DNA from: Clostridiales bacterium
GTDB taxonomy: Bacteria > Bacillota > Clostridia > Oscillospirales > CAG-272
Direction: 5' to 3'
Length of the DNA: 64,000 bases
Assembly (NCBI GenBank): GCA_016282315.1
Contig: JAEEKG010000103.1
Location: 6,749-70,748, forward strand
Shown: positions 56,845-64,000 of the stretch, one piece after another
How positions within the stretch are numbered: the first letter of the stretch is position 1
Layout of the letters: each line of letters starts with the position of its first letter
Program-made: the position numbers and the translations under genes
Notes under the pieces: generated by a model
What the model saw: the letters and a program-made list of their open reading frames with translations, nothing else
Told to the model about the DNA's origin: nothing
Database searches by the model: none

Positions 56845-57939
56845 TTAGTTAACAACGTTTTCTTGTCTAGATAAGTCGTTATCTCTCCTTTTTATGTTCA
56901 GCAGTCTTTCAAATCCGCCATTGCGAATGAATTCTGCTAGGACATATTGATCAAATACAGGTACAGTACAAGCTAAAAAAGCCAATTTTTTCTCATAAAC
57001 CCGCATCAAGGTGTCCGGAAGAATCATGTATCCGACCCTGATAGAAGGAGAAATGCTTTTTGAAAAAGTATTCAGATATATCACCTTGTCATTCTTGTCA
57101 AGTGAAAACAAAGTGTTCAAAGGCTTTTTGTTGTAAACGAATTCCGAGTCAAAGTCATCTTCTACTATGTAAGAATTGTTCTTTTCAGCCCACTCTACAT
57201 ACTCAAGTCTTTTTGATGCAGAAGTTGTGACACCTGACGGAAAGCTGTGAAATGGGGATACATGCAAAACATTTGCTGTGCAATTGTCTAATTCTGAAGA
57301 AAGAATACCATCTTTGCCAAGATTGAGTTGTGTTATTTTAACTCCATTCAGCTCATACACCTTAAAGATTTTTTCGTAAGATGGATTTTCTATTGCGATT
57401 GTTTTGTCAGAAAAAAGGTAAACAAATAAATTGTATAGATATTCAGCTCCTGAACCGACAATTACGTTGTTAGGATTCACATTCATGTTTCTGTATCTTT
57501 TCAAAAATGTAGATATTTCATTCCTTAGGCAAGCACAACCTCCTGATGGTTGTTTTGCGCTCAGTATTTCAGGCTTTTCCGAAATGATTCTTCTCATGAT
57601 TTTGGAAAACGCAGGGAAGAATGATGAGGATTCTTGGTAGTATTCTTCCTTTTCATCAAGCAGCTGGAAATTAGTCTCGGGTTCAGACTTTGTTATAACA
57701 GAAGATGAAACGTAATAACCGCTCTTAGGCCTTGATTCTATATACCCTTCATCCAGTAGCATTGAATAGGCGTTTTCAATTGTAATGACACTGATAGACA
57801 AGTGGTTTGACAGAGATCTTTTTGATGGAAGTTTTTCTCCTTTTTTTATCATCCCTGTTTCAATATCTTGTCTTATGCACTTGTACAAATACATTGTTTT
57901 GGACATGTTTTTTCTATTGTCCATAGAATATGTTAGCAT
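56845..57939 (-). CDS. MocR/PdxR-type regulator (GntR wHTH fused to aminotransferase-like domain), short form
   Basis: wHTH block KLPSKRSLSNHLSISVITIENAYSMLLDEGYIESRPKSGYYV and aminotransferase-like domain with NTFSKSISPSIRVGY (PLP Lys). It ends about 100 aa earlier than typical MocR proteins. The exact start is uncertain (M1, M6 or M12). Confidence 0.75.
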   Translation of the reverse strand: MLTYSMDNRKNMSKTMYLYKCIRQDIETGMIKKGEKLPSKRSLSNHLSISVITIENAYSMLLDEGYIESRPKSGYYVSSSVITKSEPETNFQLLDEKEEYYQESSSFFPAFSKIMRRIISEKPEILSAKQPSGGCACLRNEISTFLKRYRNMNVNPNNVIVGSGAEYLYNLFVYLFSDKTIAIENPSYEKIFKVYELNGVKITQLNLGKDGILSSELDNCTANVLHVSPFHSFPSGVTTSASKRLEYVEWAEKNNSYIVEDDFDSEFVYNKKPLNTLFSLDKNDKVIYLNTFSKSISPSIRVGYMILPDTLMRVYEKKLAFLACTVPVFDQYVLAEFIRNGGFERLLNIKRRDNDLSRQENVVN

Positions 57940-58034
57940 AAACTGACCTTAAAAAATATTTTATTTCTGACAATACAAATAATATCAGATGGGTATATAA
58001 TAATAGCATCACAATTGCCAGTCAAGAGGTGTTT

Positions 58035-58580
58035 ATGGAAAATACAAAAAAAATACCACTTAAGATCATTACAGTGACAGCAGTTTTTACGGCAATGAAC
58101 GTAATAATGAGTTCATTTTCTTTACCGGTTCCGGGAGGACATCTGTATTTGAACGATGTTGTAATTGTTATAGCCGGATTGTTGTTGGGACCACTTCCTG
58201 CTTTTGTTGTGGGAGGCGTAGGTGCCTTTTTGGGCGACTTGTTCTTTTATCCGACGCCAATGTTTGTATCCCTTGTAACTCACGGACTTCAGGCAGTTGT
58301 TATATCCCTGATATCACATAAGATTCAAGGCAAGAACATAATTATGGGAAACAATGATGAACCAATATTTTGGAGATCAGTCGTCGCCGTTCTGTTGGGT
58401 GCATTGATTATGATAACAGGATATACTCTTGGCAGAGCATATATTTACGGTACTCCGGAAGCAGCTTTGCTCAAATTGCCTTATCAGATACTGCAAGCAT
58501 TTGTCGGAGCCTTTGTCGGAATGATTTTAGTATTTGTTGTCGATTTGAAAGATGTGTATAAGAAGATTCTGCGGTTGTGA
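58035..58580 (+). CDS. ECF-transporter substrate-capture (S) component
   Basis: About 180 aa with six TM helices and a start typical of S components (IPLKIITVTAVFTAMNVIMS..PGGHLYLNDVVIVIAGLLLGP). ATG 58035 follows AGAGG. Confidence 0.7.
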   Translation: MENTKKIPLKIITVTAVFTAMNVIMSSFSLPVPGGHLYLNDVVIVIAGLLLGPLPAFVVGGVGAFLGDLFFYPTPMFVSLVTHGLQAVVISLISHKIQGKNIIMGNNDEPIFWRSVVAVLLGALIMITGYTLGRAYIYGTPEAALLKLPYQILQAFVGAFVGMILVFVVDLKDVYKKILRL

Positions 58581-58608
58581 TAAAAAAAGCAAAATGGACA
58601 ATAATTGA

Positions 58609-58640
58609 GAACCCCAAAAACGAGGATGTTTTTGGGGTTC
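58609..58640. terminator. Bidirectional terminator between convergent genes
   Basis: Perfect 13-bp stem gaaccccaaaaac / gtttttggggttc with a 6-nt loop. Confidence 0.7.
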
Positions 58641-58659
58641 ATTGATTTATTCCGAGATG

Positions 58660-60276
58660 TTATTCTTTAGCCCCTGTTTCTACTGCAGCAGGTTCTGTGC
58701 CTGTGGTAGATTGCTCGGGTGTAGCTTGTTGTTTTCTTTCTTCGAGTTGACGACAAATGTTTTCGTATGTTGTTTCATCGAGTTTATATTTCTTTTGATA
58801 GAGAATATATGAGATGAAACCGAATACAATAGGAATCAAAACCATTGCCATTAAAAGGCCAAGAGTCTGTGTACTGCTTACACCATCAATAACTGATTTA
58901 ATACCTTCCATACGTTGAGCATCCGTAATGGTTCCAAGTTGAGCCTGTTGTTCAAAGTCTGAAATCTGGTTAGTCATATTTGTTATGTTGAATATGAGGT
59001 AAGTAAGGGAAGTGATAGCAACTACTATAGCGCTGCCCATCTTTGTCAGAAGAGGACGCATTGATGTAATGATTGCTTCATTTCTGTGTGTTGTAATGAG
59101 TTGGTTGTACTCAACTGTATTTACGATAGAGATCATCATAATCAGGTAGAATGCATACAAACCGAGGTTGACAACCATATAACCAACTGTGAGAACTATA
59201 AAGCTTATATCTGCCAATCCGTTTCCGCTTGGAGAGAGAACGAGTCCTCCAAGAATTTCGAGTACGCTTCCTCCGGCAACCATTATCATGCCGAATGTCA
59301 TGAGTTTCTTTCTTGAGAACTTTCTAGACAAAGCAGGATAAATAAGCATTAGAACAGCTGTAGCTGCTACGCCGACCATGGAGAAGACTGAATACAATCC
59401 GCCTTCGTAACCATATCTGAAATAAATGAAGCTTGAGCCTATACCGCCGAATACTAATGAGTTGGCAATTTGCTGGAACAGGAAAATAACTATCATCCAA
59501 CGCAATTGATCGTTTTGTTTGATGGTTCTGAAGAATCTTCTGAAATTCAGTTTCATCTTCGGTTCCATATCATCGCCTCTGTGCTCTTTTACTCCGATAA
59601 TAGTGAAGAGTATAAAGACAGGGCCTAAAATAGCAATAATGAGAGCTATGACTCCGTATGCAGTTGCTGCATTTCCTCCGATTGCCATATTACCGGTTGT
59701 GAGAATCGGAATAAGAACCGATGCCAAGGTTGAACCAACACCTGCAAAGAATGTTGCTCTTGAAGTGTATTGGTTGCGCAAATCAGCGTCTCTTGACATT
59801 GCAGGAATCATTCCCCAATAGGATATGTCGTGCATGGTGTAAGTGATACTGTATGCGAAATAGATGACTCCGAAGAATATAACAAACGGCCATCCGGACA
59901 ATTGCATGTTGAATGCAAGATAAATAACAATGGAAGTAGATAAAACGCCTATTAACAACCAAGGTTTAAACTTGCCCCATTTAGTCCTTGTTGCCTCAAT
60001 AATATTACCCATTATCGGGTCGTTCAAAGCATCAAAAATTCTTGCTGCAACCATGATACCTGTGATTGCAATCAATTGTTCACTTGTAAGTTGTTTTGTA
60101 AAGAGAATGTAGGTTAAAATGCAGTTATTGAACAGGAAATACATCATGTCGCGTCCAATAGTGCCGAGAGGGTAGAAAATCAGATTCTTTTCTCTTTTTC
60201 TCCTTTTCTTTTCAGAAATAGGAGCACCCGGATTATCCACATTATTCTCAATTGGTTTTGTTTTTGAGTCTTTCAT
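58660..60276 (-). CDS. Glycoside-pentoside-hexuronide (GPH):cation symporter family transporter
   Basis: MelB/LacS-like N-terminus (FYPLGTIGRDMMYFLFNNCILTYILF), 12 TM helices and a hydrophilic C-terminal tail. ATG 60276 follows GGGAGG. Confidence 0.85.
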   Translation of the reverse strand: MKDSKTKPIENNVDNPGAPISEKKRRKREKNLIFYPLGTIGRDMMYFLFNNCILTYILFTKQLTSEQLIAITGIMVAARIFDALNDPIMGNIIEATRTKWGKFKPWLLIGVLSTSIVIYLAFNMQLSGWPFVIFFGVIYFAYSITYTMHDISYWGMIPAMSRDADLRNQYTSRATFFAGVGSTLASVLIPILTTGNMAIGGNAATAYGVIALIIAILGPVFILFTIIGVKEHRGDDMEPKMKLNFRRFFRTIKQNDQLRWMIVIFLFQQIANSLVFGGIGSSFIYFRYGYEGGLYSVFSMVGVAATAVLMLIYPALSRKFSRKKLMTFGMIMVAGGSVLEILGGLVLSPSGNGLADISFIVLTVGYMVVNLGLYAFYLIMMISIVNTVEYNQLITTHRNEAIITSMRPLLTKMGSAIVVAITSLTYLIFNITNMTNQISDFEQQAQLGTITDAQRMEGIKSVIDGVSSTQTLGLLMAMVLIPIVFGFISYILYQKKYKLDETTYENICRQLEERKQQATPEQSTTGTEPAAVETGAKE

Positions 60277-60366
60277 AAGACCTCCCAAAATTGTAGTTGG
60301 ATATAGTATAGTAAATTTTTACTAAAAAAGATATGGAAATCACTATTTTTATGTCACTATTGTACA

Positions 60367-60780
60367 TTAATCGACAAAATGTGTAAATACTGATGATTTA
60401 TTTTTTATTAAGTCAATTATCGACTTGTCTGCGGGTAGCCAATTGACAGTATCAAGTTCATCCGGACCTAACCATTTTGCGGATTTGTGTTCCTTGAGTA
60501 TAAGGTTTCCTTTTTTTACACTTGCGAGATAACAGTCCATTTTTAAATGAAAATTCGGGTAGTCATAGTCAATAGATGTGAAAATATCTCCTATAGATAT
60601 TTCAGTGTCCAATTCTTCGAGAATTTCCCGGTGCAATGCTTGTTTTCCGGTCTCATTTTGCTCTATTTTCCCGCCTGGAAATTCCCAATAATCCTTCCAT
60701 TCTCCATATCCTCTTTGAGTTGCGAATAATTTCCCTTTGTCACGTATAATGGCGGCAACGACATGGATAGTTTTCTTCAT
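60367..60780 (-). CDS. Nudix hydrolase (MutT-like (d)NTP pyrophosphohydrolase)
   Basis: Nudix box GGKIEQNETGKQALHREILEELD. Confidence 0.9.
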   Translation of the reverse strand: MKKTIHVVAAIIRDKGKLFATQRGYGEWKDYWEFPGGKIEQNETGKQALHREILEELDTEISIGDIFTSIDYDYPNFHLKMDCYLASVKKGNLILKEHKSAKWLGPDELDTVNWLPADKSIIDLIKNKSSVFTHFVD

Positions 60781-60989
60781 ATATGCAATCTCTTTTCACA
60801 AATAGTCTTGTGAGAATTATACATGAGTGAAAAAATAATGTCCACAATTTAATAGACTACTCATGTGAATGTTGTATGAAAATTGAACTAGTAGCCATAA
60901 TTTTATTGACAATTATTACCAAATATTTTAAAATACTCATGTTATAGAGTGAGAATCTAATCACTACTTTTTGTTAAAAGGAAATTGCC

Positions 60990-63953
60990 ATGAAAAGGTA
61001 TCACTTCAGTAAAGAAATACTAGACTTCATTGAATCCAATAAAGTGCCGATGGGAGTTTATCAATACGTTGACAAACGTATTGTTACTTTAGCGTTGTCT
61101 GATGGATTCTGTGATTTATTTGGTTATGATAATAAAGCAGAAGCATACTATGATATGGACAATAATTTGTATGACAGAACTCACCCGGATGATGTGGCAA
61201 GAATAGAAGAAATTGGCGTTGAGTTTATAACCAAAAGAAACGATTACGAAGTAATATACAGAACACAAAAGAAAGCAAAAGATGGATATATAATTATCCA
61301 TGCTACAGGCAAAAAGGTAATAACAGAAGACAATGCTACTATAGCATATGTTTGGTATACAAGTGAAGGAGAATACTCAGAAACCGAATACAACAAAGAA
61401 TCAAAGTTGAATGTGACTTTGAGTACAGCTCTTCGTAGTGAGAGCATTTCAAAGGGCATGAAGTATGATGTCTTGACAGGTTTGCCAAACATGGATTATT
61501 TCTTTGAACTTGCTGAAGCAAGACGAGATGCAATTATTGAATCAGGTGAAAAACCCATAATGCTGTTCATAGATGTGTCAGGACTGAAATATTTCAATCA
61601 CAAATATGGATTTGATGAGGGAAGCAAATACCTTCAATTGTTTTCAAAATGTATTTTGAGTACATTCGGATTAGATAATTGCAGCCGTATAGGGCAGGAT
61701 CACTTTGCTGCAGTCTCAATTGACAGTGGTATTGATAAAAAAATCAAGCAGTTCTTTGAAGATTGTAAGATTATTAACTCCGGAAACTCATTGCCTGTTC
61801 GTGTAGGTATATATCGTGATGAAGATGATGGCTATGTTTCAGTCAGCTTGGCATGTGACAGAGCAAAAATGGCGTGCGATTCAAAAAGGGGAACTTTTGA
61901 ATCTGTTTATTGCTATTACAATGAAGAGCAGAAACAGGATGTTCTTAAAAGACAATTTGTTTTATCCAATTTTGATAAAGCTTTAAGTGAAAAACACATC
62001 CAAGTTTATTATCAGCCAATAGTAAGAGCTATTAACGGAAAAGTATGTGATGAAGAAGCATTGTCGAGATGGATTGACCCCGTCAAGGGATTATTGTCTC
62101 CTATCGACTTCATTCCTTATCTTGAAGAGGCAAGACTGATATATAAGCTTGATTTGTACGTACTTGAGAGAATAATTGAAAGAATAAAAAAGCAAAATGA
62201 AACAGGCTTGACTATTGTTCCGATTTCCATAAACATATCAAGATCAGACTTTGATGTTTGTGACATAGTTGAAGAAATACGCAAACGTGTCGATGAGGGT
62301 GGAATTGACCATAAGCTCATAACTATTGAAGTTACTGAGAGTTGCTTGTCTAAAGACTATAAGTTTATGAAAACCCAGATTGAACGATTCAGAGAATTAG
62401 AATTTCCTGTATGGATGGATGATTTCGGAAGTGGTTATTCTTCACTCGATGTTTTGCAGGACATCAAATTCGATCTCGTTAAGTTTAACATGGGATTTAT
62501 GGCTAAAGTCCAAGAAGGAGAAAGAGGAAAGATAATTCTTACAGATCTTTTAAAAATGGTTTCTTCACTTGGAATAGATACAGTGTGTGAAGGTGTTGAA
62601 ACTGAAGAGCAAGTGCGGTTTCTGAAAGAGATTTGTTGCTCAAAGATTCAAGGATACTTCTATTGCAGACCAATTCCTTATGAAATGATAGTTGATAGAT
62701 ATAAAACAGGAAAACAAATTGGTTTTGAGAATCCCGATGAAAAAGGATATTTCAGCGCAATAGGCGGAATGAATCTTTATGACATTTCTTTGTTCTCAGA
62801 GGATGAAGAATTGTTGCCTGGAACTTTCAATACTATTCCTATGGGCATTATTGAAGTCAGAGGAGATAAGACAAGGTTTGTAAAGAGCAATAAGTCATAC
62901 AGAGAGTTCATAAAAAGATATATTGGTTATGACCTTGCTTATGAAGGATCTGAATTTGTTCCGTACGACAATGCTTTTATGAATAACATTGTTAAAACTT
63001 GTTGCGAGCAAGGTATTAAATCTTTTTATGATGAAACTATGCCTGATGGCTCAATTGTTCATTCCTTTGCAAGAAAAATAGGTGTAGATCCTGTAAATGG
63101 TACAATTGCGGTTGCTGTTGCAGTCTTATCCATTGAAGACAAAAAAGAAGGCGCAACATATGCAAGCATAGCAAGATCGCTTGCTGCCGACTACTACAAT
63201 CTCTACTATATAGATTTAGATACGGACAAGTTCATTGAATATTCATCTTCAGTGGGCGGTGATGAACTTGCTATGGAGAGGCATGGAGAGAATTTCTTTG
63301 AAGAGAGTAGATTGGCTGCAGACAGGATTTATAAAGAGGACAGAGAGAACTTCTTTGCTGTATTCAATAAAGAGAATATTATTCATGATCTGGATGAACA
63401 AGGAGTGTTTACCACAACTTACAGATTAATGGATAAAGGTTATCCGATGTATGTTAATATGAAGATAACCAGGATGCAGACAAGTGGAAACTACATCATC
63501 ATGGGTGTCAGCATTATTGATGCTCAAATGAAGAGCAAAGAGTATTTACATGAAGTTCAAAATGAGAGAAATGCCCTTGCCAGATTGATGGCTTTGTCTG
63601 ATGATAAATATTTAAGCATATATGTCATAGATCCTGAAACTGATACATATATTGAACATGATGCTACAAAGGAATACGAGAGCCTGAGTCTTGAAAAAAG
63701 AGGCGAAAATTTCTTTGAGAAGTCTGTAGAGAACAGTAGAAAAGTTGTTTTTTCCGAAGACTTGCATTTTATTCAGGAAAGATTAACAAAAGAAAACATA
63801 TTGAAAGAAATTAAAGAAAAAGGTGTATTCTTTATTCGATACAGATTGATAATCAATGATGATCCTATTCCGGTTAGTTTGCGAATTGCAATGATTCATG
63901 AAGACGGAAAAGACAAATTGGTTGCTGGTGTAAAACTAGACAAGGTTTCTTGA
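60990..63953 (+). CDS. PAS / degenerate GGDEF / EAL c-di-GMP phosphodiesterase with about 400-aa C-terminal extension
   Basis: EAL-domain blocks EEALSRW, DDFGSGYSSL, EGVETEEQ and KIQGYFY are present. The GGDEF position reads RIGQDHF. The C-terminal region contains two clearly paralogous modules (YYNLYYIDLDTDKFIEY..GENFFEES.. and KYLSIYVIDPETDTYIEH..GENFFEKS..). Confidence 0.9.
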   Translation: MKRYHFSKEILDFIESNKVPMGVYQYVDKRIVTLALSDGFCDLFGYDNKAEAYYDMDNNLYDRTHPDDVARIEEIGVEFITKRNDYEVIYRTQKKAKDGYIIIHATGKKVITEDNATIAYVWYTSEGEYSETEYNKESKLNVTLSTALRSESISKGMKYDVLTGLPNMDYFFELAEARRDAIIESGEKPIMLFIDVSGLKYFNHKYGFDEGSKYLQLFSKCILSTFGLDNCSRIGQDHFAAVSIDSGIDKKIKQFFEDCKIINSGNSLPVRVGIYRDEDDGYVSVSLACDRAKMACDSKRGTFESVYCYYNEEQKQDVLKRQFVLSNFDKALSEKHIQVYYQPIVRAINGKVCDEEALSRWIDPVKGLLSPIDFIPYLEEARLIYKLDLYVLERIIERIKKQNETGLTIVPISINISRSDFDVCDIVEEIRKRVDEGGIDHKLITIEVTESCLSKDYKFMKTQIERFRELEFPVWMDDFGSGYSSLDVLQDIKFDLVKFNMGFMAKVQEGERGKIILTDLLKMVSSLGIDTVCEGVETEEQVRFLKEICCSKIQGYFYCRPIPYEMIVDRYKTGKQIGFENPDEKGYFSAIGGMNLYDISLFSEDEELLPGTFNTIPMGIIEVRGDKTRFVKSNKSYREFIKRYIGYDLAYEGSEFVPYDNAFMNNIVKTCCEQGIKSFYDETMPDGSIVHSFARKIGVDPVNGTIAVAVAVLSIEDKKEGATYASIARSLAADYYNLYYIDLDTDKFIEYSSSVGGDELAMERHGENFFEESRLAADRIYKEDRENFFAVFNKENIIHDLDEQGVFTTTYRLMDKGYPMYVNMKITRMQTSGNYIIMGVSIIDAQMKSKEYLHEVQNERNALARLMALSDDKYLSIYVIDPETDTYIEHDATKEYESLSLEKRGENFFEKSVENSRKVVFSEDLHFIQERLTKENILKEIKEKGVFFIRYRLIINDDPIPVSLRIAMIHEDGKDKLVAGVKLDKVS

Positions 63954-64000
63954 TTAATATGATAATAAAAGCACGATGAACCCTTCAGATGGTATTTCAT

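Overview
This is a 64 kb chromosomal segment from a low-GC Gram-positive bacterium (Bacillota), probably a Clostridia-type anaerobe. The supporting signs are GGAGG-type ribosome-binding sites, lipobox lipoproteins, a 500-aa Firmicutes-type GalT, and a thioredoxin reductase homolog that lacks NADPH motifs. The standard genetic code applies, with TGA used as stop. I call about 45 protein genes and saw no rRNA, tRNA or CRISPR array.

Bases 1-40.7 kb are mostly housekeeping and metabolic genes:
- An Opp/Dpp-type peptide ABC importer whose OppC, OppD and OppF subunits all carry large insertions, followed by a DUF3899-like membrane protein and a lipoprotein-anchored M3B (PepF-like) oligoendopeptidase.
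- A LarA-family (nickel-pincer type) protein, gnd and a PfkB sugar-kinase cluster.
- A papain-like (C1) lipoprotein peptidase and a large cytoplasmic glycoside hydrolase.
- An OhrR-type MarR / thioredoxin / NADPH-motif-less TrxR homolog / glutathione-peroxidase operon with a clear promoter and operator repeats.
- A heterodimeric ABC exporter, ilvA-ridA, a THUMP RNA methyltransferase and galT.
- A serine-palmitoyltransferase-like alpha-oxoamine synthase next to an SDR reductase.
- A hairpin-rich intergenic region and a GH2 lacZ.

Bases 40.8-54.4 kb look like an accessory island. It contains an AgrC-like histidine kinase destroyed by an IS4-superfamily (IS1634-like) insertion plus two nonsense codons, and its LytTR response regulator. 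Divergent from the regulator, behind a pair of 11-bp direct repeats, is a 1932-aa Rhs/YD polymorphic toxin with an unassignable C-terminal domain. Downstream are a signal-peptide immunity candidate, a polytopic membrane protein, a decayed orphan rhs C-terminal cassette, and a pair of ~80-bp direct repeats.

Bases 54.4-64 kb carry a permease, a GNAT-like protein, a short MocR-type regulator divergent from an ECF S-component, a GPH symporter, a Nudix hydrolase and a degenerate-GGDEF/EAL protein. All family calls come from motifs read by eye; no database search was possible.
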